From the IMG/VR virus record IMGVR_UViG_3300033463_000003: DNA of 64,000 nt, one strand, 5' to 3'. The DNA comes from a virus (Duplodnaviria; Heunggongvirae; Uroviricota; Caudoviricetes). Shown in pieces: positions 1 through 12,983 of the stretch (position 1 is its first letter; each line of letters starts with the position of its first letter). The notes under the pieces are model-generated. The model saw nothing but the letters and a program-made list of their open reading frames with translations. It had not been told where the DNA came from and searched no databases. The translations under genes were made by a program, and so were the position numbers.

Positions 1-2
1 AA

Positions 3-143
3 GACTTACAAGAAATCTGCCCTGAAATTGTGCATGGAGGAACTGATGGATATTTAAGTATTGAAGAAAGCAAGCTTGTATATTTACTCTTAGATGAAGT
101 TAAAAAACTAAAGGCTGAAGTTGAAGAGCTAAAAAATAAATAA
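3..143 (+). CDS. C-terminal end of tail fibre with peptidase S74 (intramolecular chaperone) domain, partial
   Basis: DLQEICPEIV...YLSIEESKLVYLLLDEVKKLKAEVEELK* aligns by eye with the 8968-9336 protein. Confidence 0.7.
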   Translation, partial: DLQEICPEIVHGGTDGYLSIEESKLVYLLLDEVKKLKAEVEELKNK

Positions 144-203
144 AGATACTATTAAAACCGTTTAAAAAATTAGCTAGACGGTTTTTATTTTACTCTACTT
201 ATC

Positions 204-217
204 TGCTAAATTATATG
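204..217 (+). promoter_or_regulatory. Putative phage late promoter GCTAAATTA (representative copy)
   Basis: Motif recurs in intergenic DNA upstream of genes at about 8464, 13700, 16507, 38670, 40236, 43858, 44490, 56820, 58076, 60646, 60878, 63438. Confidence 0.65.
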
Positions 218-281
218 AGTTTTGAAATTTATTTTTTCTTAACTGGCTACAAAAATATACTAAAAAAGGAGTTTATTATAT

Positions 282-2459
282 ATGGCTATTTCCTATGATA
301 ATATAAAAACTGGCGTCTATGCAATTAATAGTAATAATATTTCTGTTTTTCCATGTGCTTACAGAGGCGCTAATATTAACAACAATAATCCATTTGACCC
401 AGAAGCAAAATTAAATACAGAAAGAAACTTAATTAATCTAGCTGCTCCAAAAACAAACTCCAAATATATTGAAAGCTGGAAAGATAATAAACTTCAATTT
501 GTTTTAGGTGGCTATCATTTTATTGTTGATTCAGAGGGTGGTTCTTTAGGCCCAAGTGGTACAACAATAAGATATGTTGCTATTAGATTAACTCCTGTTA
601 CTTTAATTGGCACTAAAACTACCCCTATCCTTGCAAATATTAAAAGTTTAGCTACATGTGAAAGTAATACTAATACTGCTTATACATATGTTCTTGATGA
701 AGTAAACAATGATATTTACTATTTCTACGGTTTATATTTCTTAACAAATGAGCCAACACAAGAAGATAGATATTATGACTATCTTGAATTACCAGCAAGT
801 ATGAGCTCTTGGGAAAGTCATGCAAGTAGATTTGGAATTAAATATAAAGATGTTCAAAGTAAAAAATCTGTTTGTTCTATTACTGGTGATTTAATCCAAG
901 GCAGTGAGGCCCATTCTATTGTTAGTATTTATGGTGATACTGATTCAGATATTAACGTAAATACTGCTACTGGAAAAAATTCAGTAGCATTTGGTGTTAA
1001 TACTACAGCTGGAGCAACTGGTGCATTTGCAGAGGGTAAAAATACAAATGCTAGTACTGACTATACACATGCTGAGGGTGGTTATACTTTAGTTGGTTCA
1101 GATTGAGGCCATGCTGAAGGTTTTAATACCTCAATTACAAAGCTTTCAACATCAGTTGATTATCCACATGCAGCACATACCGAAGGCCTTAATACTAAAG
1201 CACATGGTATTGGTGCACACGCTGAAGGCGGTACTGATGATGTTCCTGATAATTTACAGCCAGATGAAAATGCAGAGTTTACTATTGCTGAAGGTAACTA
1301 TTCACATGCAGAAGGCACTAAAACATATGCTAGTAATACTGCTGCACATAGTGAAGGTGATTCTACAACTGCTTCTGGCGAAGCTAGCCATGCTGAAGGT
1401 TATAGTACTAATGCTGAGGGCCCAGGATCACATGCAGAAGGCGGAAATACAATTGCCTCAAATTCATATACACATGCCGAAGGAAATAATACAGCTGCTT
1501 CTGGCTTATACTCACACGCTGAAGGTTTTTGTGATAATGCAGCTATTAAAATAGAAGGCCAAGCACAAGGACAAGCATCCCACACAGAAGGATATAATAA
1601 TAGAGCTTATGGTAACTATGCTCATGCTGAAGGTAGCTATAACAAAGCTTATACTTATGCTAGCCATGCTGAAGGTGAATCTACAATAGCCGGTGCAAGT
1701 GCAAATGATAGCAATAGCAGATATGCTCATGCAGAAGGCTTCCATACAAAAGCTATGGGACAAGCAGCTCATGCAGAGGGTGGTGATGCTACTGCTGGAT
1801 CTGGACAAACACAAAATTATACAATAGCAGCTGGTGCTTACTCACATGCTGAAGGTAATAATACAAAAGCAGATGGTACTGGTACACATGCTGAAGGGCA
1901 AAATACATTAGCAGAAGGTAATGCAGCTCACAGTGAAGGTTACACAACAATTGCTGGCTATATTAATAATGGTACACATTATGGCAACTATTCACATGCT
2001 GAAGGCTATTATACTAAGGCTCTTGGTGATGGGGCACATGCTGAAGGCGAAGGTAATGGCACTAATAAAGGAATTGCTTCTGGTAGAGCTTCTCATAGTG
2101 AAGGTTATCAAACTTTAGCATCAGGAGCTTACTCACATGCAGAAGGAAATCAAACTATAGCACAAGGTGTTTCAACCCATGTTTTTGGTGAATTTAATAT
2201 AGCTGATGAAACTGGCGGCCGTCCAAGGGGTAATAATTATAGTAGTTATGTTGAAGTTGTCGGTAATGGAACTGCTAGTAATGCTAAGAAAAATGCTAGA
2301 ACTCTTGACTGGGATGGAAATGAAATATTAGCAAATAACTTAATGGTCAAAAATCAAGTAAAATTTCATAATAAAACATTTGATTCTTATAATATGACTC
2401 CTGAAGCTACTATAGAATATGATGCAACACGACAAGTAATAAAATTTAAATTCAATTAA
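282..2459 (+). CDS. Tail fibre / YadA-head-like adhesin with SHAEG repeats, 725 aa (TGA at 1104 read as Trp)
   Basis: ORFs 282-1106 and 1755-2459 share a frame; GAT TGA GGC CAT GCT GAA GGT continues the xxHAEG repeat; RBS AAGGAG. Confidence 0.85.
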
Positions 2460-2488
2460 TTATATATAAAAAGGAAAGGTAATTTTTA

Positions 2489-5400
2489 ATGAGTCTACAA
2501 ATTTGGCTTCCATTAAATAATGATATAAAAAATTATGGCACAGACCATAATGTTGTTTTTAGCAATAGAGTTGAAGCAACATCTATTTCTGGTGGTAAAG
2601 TAACTAAAAACTGCTACTATTTTACTCCTGAGGGGCATGACCGTGGTACTGACTATGGCCTATATACTACAAACTCTGGTTCTTTAGCCACATATTTTAA
2701 TGATCACTCATGGACAATGGCTTTTTGAATTAAAACAGGTGTTAGTATACAAAGTGATGTTTTTTGTATTAGTGGTCCAGACTCAGAAAAAAACTATGAA
2801 ACAAGATGCTATATTGCTGGCGAAGCTGATGTTGGTAGATTTGTTTTTGAAGTTAAAGATGGAAACACATATAGGTACCCTAGCACAGATGATATAGCAG
2901 TTAATGACAGTAATTGGCACCATATTACTATTGCATATGACTATAATAAAAATAAATTTTATTGCTACTGTGATGGAGTTTTAAAAACGGCTCCTCAACT
3001 TACTAATGGTACATTTAATAAAAATATTACTGGCATAAGCATTGGTAGAAATTATGCTGGTAATATATGGTTTGATGGTTTCATTAATGATTTCAGAATT
3101 TATGACCATGCTTTGTCATCAGAAGAAGTACTAGAATTATCACAAGGTTTGGTTGCTCATTATTCTTTTAACTGGGAAGAGTTTTATCAACCAATTGAAT
3201 ATATTGAAAGTACTGGTACTCAATATATTGATACTGATATTAAATTTAATACAGGAAATACTTATGAATTAAGATCAAAAATAGAGTTTGATAATGTCAC
3301 TGAACCAAACCAAATTATTGGCTATGATGGTCACGCTGGAAATGGTATTGGAACATCCACTAACACTTGATGGTTAGATAATGCTGCTAGTGTTTCTTGT
3401 AGTACCAATACTATTTATGATATAATTTGGACTCGTAGTGATACTAGCTGAACAAGAACAATAAATGGAACAAGCTATTCTGGAAGTGCTCAAATTGGCT
3501 CACAAACATATAATATCCCAATTTATTTATTTGCAACACGTAAACCAGATGCAACACCAGCATATAGTATTGGCTATTGGTGCTATATGAAAATGTATTA
3601 TTGCAAACTTTATGAAAATAATACTATTGTTCGTGATTTTATTCCTGTAATAAGAAAAATAGACCACAAACCAGGACTTTTTGACTTAGTAGAAAATAAA
3701 TTCTATGGCAATGATGGTACTGGTGAATTTAAATACCCAAATTCTAATGCTGAATATGAATTTTTAGAATATATTGAATCAGGTGACCACCAATATATAG
3801 ATACTGGCTGGATACCTAATTTTGATGTTAGTTGAAAAGTTGAAGCAGTTGTAAGCATTCCAGATAATAGATATAGATATTGTATTGTATCAAATGCTAA
3901 TGCACAGACTGCTACTGCTAATGAAAAAGAAGTCAGCCTAGAAATTAATGATGCTAATAATAGTTCTGAACCAAATGTAATTTGTGATGGCCGCCCAAGA
4001 TTCTACATAAATGGTGGTGATACTCAAGGATATGGTATTGCTCTGGTTCCACCAGGTGGCTCGTCAACAATAACTAACAATAAAAAAGCTAATGTTGAGT
4101 ACTCATATAACGCATCTACACATGATTGCTATGTAAGTTACCGTAATCTTGATGGAAGTGGTGAAAGTTCAAATAGTGTATCTAAAACATTTTCTGGGCA
4201 GTCACAATCTAGCACAATGCTTTTATTCATAGATAGAAAAAAACGTTATGATGTTTTTAATCATTCTCTTAGAATATATAGCTGTAAAATAACAGAAAAC
4301 GGTAAAGTAGTTAGAGACTATGTTCCAGCAAGAAGAAAATCAGATGATAAAACTGGAATGTTTGATATGGTACATAGTGAATTTGCTAATTCAACTAGTG
4401 GTTTTACTACGCCTACTGATTACACTACACCGACTGACTATAAGTTTATTGACTATATTGAAACAAGTGGTACACAATATATTGATACCGGTTTTAATCC
4501 ATATAATAAAAACACTACTGTTGAATTAGATGCCCAAGTATTAAATGTTACTAGCTCACAAAATTTATATCAATTTTTTGGTTGTTTTGACCAAATTGTT
4601 CGTTTCCATATTGGCCTTTATAATAATGGAGCTGGTTTCCACCCAGGCATAGGAAGTGCATATGATACTAATGCTTATAACTATGATACTGACAGACATA
4701 AATTTAGTCTAATTAGTAACAGTGAAGAAAGAGCATTTTATGTAGATGGCATTTCAAAATGAACAACAACCAATACTGCTACACTACCAAATCTAAATGT
4801 GTATATTGGCGCTGGTAATTGAAGCGGAACTGCAACAAGTGATACTCACTGAGGCTATACAGGCAGTTCTAGAATTTATGGCTGTAAAATTTGGAATGAT
4901 ACTTCATTAGCTCATAATTTTATTCCAGCAATTAGGCTTAATGATAATAAACCTGGATTATATGATTTAGTTAGTAATAGCTTTAAACCAAACCTAGGTG
5001 ATGGTGAATTTGATTCACCAGCTTTATATCACCCAGTAGATTATATTGCTTCAACTGGAACACAATATATTGATACTGGATATGCTTATAATAATAGTAA
5101 TGATAATGCTAGAATTGTTGTTGATTGGTCTGCTATTGACCTATCAAATGGAAATTACTTTGAATATCGTGTTGGTGGAGCTCAAAGTGACAGTCGTTCA
5201 ATGGTTTTATATGGTACACCATCAACATCAACAGAATTAAGATTAGGTGTTGGATCAGATGTTGGTAGTACTTCAGGTGATATTGCACTTAAAGATGCCA
5301 ACAACAATGACATTAAAATACTTAAAGGCACAAGATATTTAATTGATGTTACAGCAAAAAATAAAAATATTGGTGGAACATTAAATGGAAGTACAATTAG

Positions 5401-7612
5401 CGGCACATATCCTGGAACTGTTGGTAGCACAGCAAATTATTATATATTTGCTAATAATGAAAATGGCACTGTTGGATATAATGGTAGAGTAAAAATTTAT
5501 AAATATCAATTATATGATAATGGCACTTTAGTAAGAGACTTTATTCCTGTAGTTAGAATATATGATAATAAGCCCGGCCTTTGGGAAAAAGTAGAAGGTA
5601 AATTTTATACTAACCAAGGAACAGGGGAATTTATTTGGAGTAGCTCTATTGATAGTCATGGTACAACTAGTAATGGTACATTATATGTAGATAGACAAAA
5701 GTTAACTGCTAGCTATCTTGGCTATGGAAACTGGCGCTCTGGGCTTGCTTGTAGAAATAAATATAGTAAATGCTCTACTGGTTTTACTGTCTATGATACT
5801 GTTAGTCATGTTATGGCCAACTTATGTACATCAAATAATTTTAGTGATAATAATAATGAGCTTTGAAAGTCTGGTTATGGAATTTATGCTGGTGGCAGCT
5901 CTCAGTGGATATATTATGCTGATTTTGGTGAGTGTCAGACAATAAATGATAGCAATAATAACCCAATTTCATATCAAGCTGGTGATAGACTTAAAATTAT
6001 ACTAAATAATAACAAAGTCTATTACTACAAAAATGATCAAATAATACGTACAGTAAATAATACACATGGAGATCTTTATCCTGTGCTTTTATGCACCACT
6101 GATGCTATAAATAATTACTTAGATATTGCTTTAACAACACTTCCAAGCCCAGTAGATGTAATAAAACCAATAAAAGATAATAGTGGCTATAATAATGATA
6201 TATCTGCATTTACCCCAGATTTAACAACAAGTAATGATACAGCTTTAGGAAATCAAAGCTTAGTATTTGATGAAACGAACTACCTTAAAAGTAGCTTAGA
6301 TAGCTCATTTATTAAAGATAAGCTTACAACAAATATTTTAGTTTATAAAAATGATTGAAGCAATAATGTTAGTGAACAAATTATAGCTTGCTCAAAAGAT
6401 AATACAATTGGAGCAACCTATAATGGTTGAAGCTTTGCTATTGGTTCCAATTCAGCAAGTGAAACAGGAACTGGCACATATTTAAAATTTGTAGTTGATG
6501 CAGGAGCTGCTCATGCACAAGCAGCAAAACTAGACATATCTAGCTTAACATCAGGCTGGCATATGTTTACAGGAACATATGATTCTTTTATGGGCACAGG
6601 CAACACAACAGGAAATTCATATGTTAAATTATATATTGATGGAAATCTTGCCGATACCGATATAATATCAAGTGCTCCAGCAATGCCAATTAACTATGTT
6701 TCATCACATAATGTAACTATTGGTGCTAGATATAATAGAACTAATTATACAGTTACTGATTACTTTAATGGAAAAATTGCAGATGTTAAAATTTGGGCAA
6801 CAACTTTATCAGCAGAAGATATTAAAGACCTATATGAAACAAAAGCAAAGATATATAATAACAATATTTTTGCTGCTAATAATATAAAAGCTATTGACCA
6901 AGAGGCTATTAAAACATTTGTACCTGAACGTATAGCTGGTCATGGTAGTGGTGTAGTACTTAGTAAGCTTGGTGAAAACTGATATGAAGTGCTTAAACCT
7001 GCTAACCTTAAATTTGGTGGCATTCAAATTCCTTGAAGATACCCTGATAGAGATGACGGAACACCTATTAACTTTACTGCTGGCCATTATTATAAGCTAA
7101 GTTTTGAAACATTACAAAGCTATAGCAGCGATTACTCAGAGATATGTAAATATATTCGTGGACACTCTAATGGTTTTACTACTATTGGAATTTATATTGA
7201 TGGACAAAAAGCTATAAATGATCTTTGGCATGTTACTAATAACTTAAACCCAACAGGTATTAATTTAAAACTTGAACGTTTATATGCAAGATGGAAACAC
7301 TATGATGTATACTTATTATATAATGCTAATTCGCCGGATGGTAATAATGGTCTATATATTCAACCAGAAAGAGGTAATACAGAAGCTCCTGCAAGTAATA
7401 CCCAGTATAGAAATATAGAACTTACTGACTATGGAACTACTGAGCCAATATTTAAAGAGTCAGAAGTAGCAACAATAACTTCTGAGCTTAAAGTAGATAA
7501 TGTTGCTTCACTACAATGAATTCAAACAACTACAGAAGGTTCACCAAATAAAAATTCAGTATATGTTGGTAAGAATAGAACATTAGTAGCCGCAGATATA
7601 AAAGAAATATAA
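2489..7612 (+). CDS. Large LamG/concanavalin-like repeat virion protein, 1707 aa, many TGA-Trp
   Basis: Seven track fragments (2489, 3113, 3587, 4217, 5201, 6083, 6563) are in one frame, each broken at TGA; LamG motifs WTMAF(W)IK, WHHITI, INDFRIYDHAL, IADVKIWATTL; ends TAA 7610. Confidence 0.85.
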
Positions 7613-7619
7613 ACTAAGC

Positions 7620-8012
7620 TGACGACTATATATAAAGAAAGCTGGGAACAAAAAAATTCCTGGCTTTTTATTTTATTCACTTTCCTCCCACTAACTATAT
7701 ATAAAAAGAAGAGAAAAGTATTTGTTAGTTAATATATATAATGGAGCTATATAAAGGAAAGAGTATATATTAAAAAAAGAAAGAGTAATTAGATATATAG
7801 TAATTATAAGTAAAGAAAGCATACTATATATAAGAGGGGAAGAGGTGAACTTATATATAGGAAACACAGGGGAAGCTATATATAAGAAGAATAAGGGAAA
7901 AATGACTTACAGAATAGAGCTTAAAATGCTATATAGGAAGAATAGGCAAAAGCAGGAAAAAAGGCCTACTTACTATATATAAGTAAGTAGAGGCTAGGGT
8001 GGCTTTTTTGGC
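7620..8012. repeat. Purine-rich non-coding tract with about 8-10 copies of CTATATATAAG-like motif
   Basis: Copies seen directly (e.g. 7625, 7695, 7824, 7876, 7973); strong strand asymmetry. Confidence 0.7.
7640..7669 (+). terminator. Rho-independent terminator
   Basis: GCTGGGAA...TTCCTGGC hairpin followed by T-run after adhesin gene. Confidence 0.6.
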
Positions 8013-8554
8013 GAAGTTACAGATTTTTTCGTTTTTGTTTTTTGGAATATTAGCTAAAATAAATGAAGGATGTAAAAAGTCAGTGGCGGAGCTATACCCT
8101 CTTTAAGCCTTCAACACCTAGTATATGCTCGTTAAAGCTGCTGTTCACATATCACCATTACCTTGCTTTAGGGCTGGGTAATTTTTTTTATAAGCTGAAT
8201 TTTTTTATAATAAGCCAGGAAGGAAAGCTAAACCCACTAAGCTTTTGTTCACTAGAGCCTGGGCCAGAAAAGTTTTTGTCCTTAGAGTCCCAAGAAAAAT
8301 TCTACAAGCTTAGGACAATTAGCTGCTGGCCCACCACTCGCTTCTATATATATATGTATTCTATCTATATGCATTATCCTATATATACTTACTACTACTA
8401 AAAATATATTCAACTTATTTTTTTATATAGTCTCGGGAAGAAAAACTATTTGACCTTCTTCTGCTAAATTATACGAGGCCCAGGGATAAAAAGCTAGACA
8501 CAACATCTTACGGCCAGGTCTAGGAGAGATAGCTTTTTTGTCCAGTGAGCTCCA

Positions 8555-8953
8555 GTGAAAATTTTTGGTATGAAGATGAATTTAACAGAAAAGATCGAAG
8601 GTACTTGTGATAACGGTATGACTTTAACACTAAGCGATTCGGACTTCCACACGGCCGATGCAGCTTTTGTGTATGACCATATGAACGATGCTAAGACCAT
8701 ACTGAGTAATACAATGTCAGACCTATCACCGGAAAACATGGTAGAAAAATTTAAACTCATTATTATAACTACACTCTTCTTGGTTTGCTTTAAGGCGCCG
8801 GAAAATACGATCAAAGCTTTCAAGGGCCTTATTGAACTTTTTAGAGTACCAGAAAAAGAATTAAAAGAAATTATCCATGAAGTATTAGAGGACAGGGAAA
8901 TTCTTACTAGCTTAAATAGATGTGTCCGCGAAGTACTCAACGTTAAAAAATAG
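8555..8953 (+). CDS. Hypothetical protein
   Basis: 132 aa ORF downstream of a GCTAAATTA motif; start uncertain. Confidence 0.5.
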   Translation: MKIFGMKMNLTEKIEGTCDNGMTLTLSDSDFHTADAAFVYDHMNDAKTILSNTMSDLSPENMVEKFKLIIITTLFLVCFKAPENTIKAFKGLIELFRVPEKELKEIIHEVLEDREILTSLNRCVREVLNVKK

Positions 8954-8967
8954 AAAGGGAGTAAACT

Positions 8968-9336
8968 ATGGCAGTATTAAATTCAACATTAGTAAATGGT
9001 AATCTTAATGTAACAGGAACAGTATCAGCTTCAGGCTATACAACAACCTCTGATAAAAGATTAAAAGAAAACATCAAAGAGTTCAAACCAGAAGCAACTA
9101 TTTTAAACTTACCTATTTACATCTATGACTATAAAGAGGGACTAAAAGCTCAAGTAGGCTGCCTCGCCCAGGATTTACAAGAGTTATTCCCAGAGCTTGT
9201 AGTGGAAAATGAAAATGGATTCCTTAGTATTCAAGAGTCTAAGTTAGTATATCCACTATTATTAGAGCTTAAACGCCAACAAGAGGAAATCGAAGCCTTA
9301 AAAACTGAAATTTCGAGCCTAAAAAGCCAAATTTAG
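8968..9336 (+). CDS. Small peptidase S74 (tail fibre chaperone) domain protein
   Basis: TSDKRLKENI, GCLAQDLQELFPELV motifs, C-terminal coiled coil; RBS GGGAG. Confidence 0.8.
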   Translation: MAVLNSTLVNGNLNVTGTVSASGYTTTSDKRLKENIKEFKPEATILNLPIYIYDYKEGLKAQVGCLAQDLQELFPELVVENENGFLSIQESKLVYPLLLELKRQQEEIEALKTEISSLKSQI

Positions 9337-9339
9337 TGA

Positions 9340-10345
9340 AAAATAAGCTGAAAATGGCCAAATTAGGAAAATTAGTTTTTTTGCTAGGTCAAATTTGGAA
9401 AGTTTCATTTTCACCTTATGGCTAATTAGGGAAATTTGGAAATTTAGGTTTTTACATAATGTATATGTAGCTTAACACACTATATAGATCTGAAATTAGT
9501 GAAATTTGGAAAATTTAGAATTTCACTAATTTTTTTATTAAAGCTAATTTGGGAAATTTCATTATGCTACATTTACCTAAAAACTTATCAAATGTAGTTT
9601 AATAAAAAAGCAAACCTGGAATCAGCCAAATTTGCCTAATTTTCGGAATTTCGTAAATTTGCTTATTTTGGGGCTTTTTATTCCTGGTAAGATAAAATAC
9701 CTACTATGTGGCTAAAATGCGATGTGGCTTGTTTTTGGAGCTTTATTTCACGTTTTAACAACATATGTATAATTGCATTTTTACCTTGACCACGAAACTG
9801 TCCAAATTTGCCCAATTTCGTTTCCATCTTACTTACATTATACTATACAATTTTTTATCTGTAAACTTTTAATAATTTAATAATTTAATGATTTAATAAT
9901 TTATTAAAAAATAGCTAAAAAAACTATTTACAACTATTTACTTTTGTGGTATAATAAAGGTATAATGGGGAGTGTTTTTTTATAAAAAAAACGACTTTAA
10001 TAAATTAATAATTTAATGTTTTAATAATTTAATAAACTAATAAATTAATAATTCATTAAAACTACTAAATACTATATTACCTACCAGAACTAAATAATTC
10101 AATTTTTTTTAGTAATTATAGTTGAACGGAGTTCAACATGCCGTTAGGCATTATTTAGTTATACTTTTCTTTTTATATAATTTTTCTTTTACAAGAAAAA
10201 TAAATGATAAAAGCTTTATATATAAAAGCATAGTAATAATAAAGAAGCTTTATATGTGCGCGCGCGTATATATTTTAATGTTTTTAATGTTTTATTAGAA
10301 AAATAATTCAATAAATCATTAAATTATTAAAAAATTAACAATTTT
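9340..10345. repeat. 1 kb non-coding region with AAATTTGG/CCAAATTT and TAATAATTTAA repeats and hairpins; candidate origin or terminus region
   Basis: No ORF; tandem imperfect repeats 9869-9905 and 9997-10052; hairpins 9492-9531 and 10121-10151. Confidence 0.5.
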
Positions 10346-10408
10346 TTAATAATAAAGGCTGTATAATATTATAGATGAAGTGTTTTAGTTATATTAGGAG
10401 ATTTAGAT

Positions 10409-10720
10409 ATGGCGAAAGAATCACAAACAAATCAATGAGTTGCAATTAAATGCCCACATTGCGGTTATGAGTATATTCCAGCAGAGATCTTCTTTCCAGA
10501 TCAATTGCTAGGTAATGCAAAAACAGTAATTAAAGATGCATTAGGTAAAATTCTTTATGTGGAATGAAAACCTGATGAAGAACCAGCATTAACAGAAAAA
10601 TGGGTTTGCGATAATTGTGGGGAAACATTTAAAGTAACAGCTAGCTTTTCATTTAAAACAGAAAAGGAAGTTGCAGAGTTAGATTTTAAGAACCAATCAG
10701 TAAGCTTGTTAGATGATTAA
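10409..10720 (+). CDS. Zn-ribbon protein, 103 aa, two TGA-Trp (absent from track)
   Basis: RBS AGGAG; CPHC and CDNC pairs; open only if TGA=Trp. Confidence 0.75.
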
Positions 10721-10756
10721 CACTTACTTTTTTCTTTTTTAGCGAGGTATTAGCAT

Positions 10757-12463
10757 ATGATTAGGGTTCAGGAAACAATACCATTAAAAGTGTCTGGGTT
10801 ATCCAGCTTTTTAGTATACTCCCAATACAATCAAGAGCTAATTAATCTGATTAAGTCATTAGATACTGCATACTTCCACAAGAAACTTACTGCTTGGGAG
10901 ATTCCAGTAACATCTTTATGCAAATTCCTCGATGCAGCTACATTCCTGGATAATATTGAACTCACTTTACTAGAAGATAGTGAAGTAGCCCCTGGTGCGC
11001 AGCCAAATTTGGTAAATTCCGAAATTTCAAATTTTAGAGTTAAGCCTTTTGAACACCAGATCGATGGAATTAACTTTTTACTACAACATCCTAAAGCACT
11101 ATTACTTGATAGCATGGGTGTTGGAAAGAGTAATCAGATTATTTGAACTGCTGAAACATTACATAGAAGAGGTCTGATCGATCACTGTTTAATTATTTGT
11201 GGTGTTAATAGTGTAAAGCAGAACTGGAAAAAAGAAATTCAGAAATTTAGTACCGAGTCATGTATTGTGATCGGTGAAAAGATGAAGAAGAATGGGGAGG
11301 TATCTGCTACACCACTTTCTATTAGTGAAAGAGTGGAACAATTATCTAGACCTATAGATGAATTCTTCGTGATCATAAATGTTGAGTCACTCCGCGATGA
11401 TCGGATCATAAATGCACTAACTAAGAGCTCAGTGAATAAATTTGGATTGATAGCTGTAGATGAAATACATAGGGTTGCAACAAAGAGTTCCCAACAAGGA
11501 GCCAACTTACTTAAGCTAACATCTGAATTTAAGATCGCTGCTACTGGAACTTTACTAACAAACTCACCGATCTCATGTTATGTTCCATTAGCCTGGACTG
11601 AAAATGATCATGCAATACTTACTAACTTCAAATCACAATACTGTACATTTGGTGGATTTAACAACTCTCAAGTGATCGGATACAAGAATTTAGATCTGTT
11701 AAAAGAAGAATTAGATAGTTGTAGTATTAGAAGAACTCTTGCCGATGTACGTGATGATATGCCAAAGAAAACTGTTTACACTGAATTAGTAGAACTTTCT
11801 GAGGAACATAGGAAATTTTACGATGCTATTAAAGAAGGTGTAAAAGAAGAGGCTGATAAGATCCAATTAAATTCTTCTAACTTACTTGCACTAACCACTA
11901 GACTAAGACAAGCAACAGCCTGCCCAGGGATCCTAACTACACAAGATATTATGTCCAGTAAAATAGAAAGATGTGTGGAACTTGTAGAGGATTTAGTAGA
12001 GCAAGGTGAAAAGGTAGTAGTCATGTCCAATTTCAAAGAGCCTCTCTATAAGTTAGCTACATTATTGGAAAAATATAAACCTTTAGTGAATACAGGTGAC
12101 TTCCCTGATGAGACGATCAGCCGTAATGTAGACCAGTTCCAGAATGACACTAACACTAAAGTATTCTTAGGAACTCATGCTAGAGTGGGAACCGGATTAA
12201 CATTAAATGCAGCTGCTTACTTAATCTGCTTAGATACACCTTTCACTTACAGTAGTTTTGCACAAAGCTGTGATCGAATTTACAGGGTCAACAATACTAG
12301 ACCAGCATTTATTACTGTACTTGTCGGCAAAGATACGATTGATGAGCGTGTAGCCGAGATCATTGAAACTAAAAAAGACCTTAGTGATTATGTTGTGGAT
12401 AACATCGATAATAGCTTAAGTTCACTTAAAGATGAACTTCTACAAATTATTAAAAATCTTTAA
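10757..12463 (+). CDS. SNF2-family helicase, 568 aa (TGA at 11144)
   Basis: Walker A LDSMGVGKS, DEIH, ATGT, TGLTL, QSCDRIYR; two track fragments in frame. Confidence 0.9.
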
Positions 12464-12521
12464 ATAGTTGTGTACAAAAAATAAAAACTATGGTATAATT
12501 ATAATGTAGGAGGAATAATAC

Positions 12522-12983
12522 ATGAAAAGATTGTATAAAGTAAAAGGCCAAATGATTATTGATGTCGAATGGGAAACATATGCTGAGTCAAAAGATGATG
12601 CATTATCTAAGTTCTTTGCAGCAGATGCAAGAGATGTTATTGATGATGCACATATTACTGATGTCAATACAGATGAAGAAAGTGCAGAATTAGTTGAACC
12701 TATCTTCGTTGTCAAAGCATACAATATTGACTATGATGTTACATATGGTGATGTATTTGACCAAGTTGCAGCTAAATATCCAGAAGTCCCAGAAGATACA
12801 GATGAATTTGATGATTTAGTTGATGAAGAAATTGCAAAGATTAAAGCATCATTACCACAAGAGCTCACTTTAGAAATTGAATGTGAACGTGATGATTTAG
12901 ATGATTATGTTGCTGATACAATTTCTAATGAGACAGACTGGTTAATTAATGGCTGCGATTATGATATCATAGAGGAAAAATAA
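12522..12983 (+). CDS. Acidic hypothetical protein, C-terminal half paralogous to 24939-25238
   Basis: Shared LPQEL.LE.EC.R..L.D...D.IS.ET.WL; sigma-A-like promoter and RBS. Confidence 0.75.
   Translation: MKRLYKVKGQMIIDVEWETYAESKDDALSKFFAADARDVIDDAHITDVNTDEESAELVEPIFVVKAYNIDYDVTYGDVFDQVAAKYPEVPEDTDEFDDLVDEEIAKIKASLPQELTLEIECERDDLDDYVADTISNETDWLINGCDYDIIEEK

Noticed and set aside
1093-2118. Alternate-frame ORFs 1093-1554, 1400-1585, 1512-1814, 1921-2118
   Set aside because: Shadows of the repetitive fibre gene
282-7612. Pseudogenised tail genes
   Set aside because: All breaks are in-frame TGA with no frameshifts, some at conserved Trp sites; recoding explains them
8063-8401. 112-aa ORF
   Set aside because: No RBS, atypical composition, low-complexity end; cannot be supported, although a GCTAAA motif precedes it
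3-9336. Diversity-generating retroelement from the duplicated S74 segments
   Set aside because: Divergence is not adenine-specific by eye and no reverse transcriptase is present in the window
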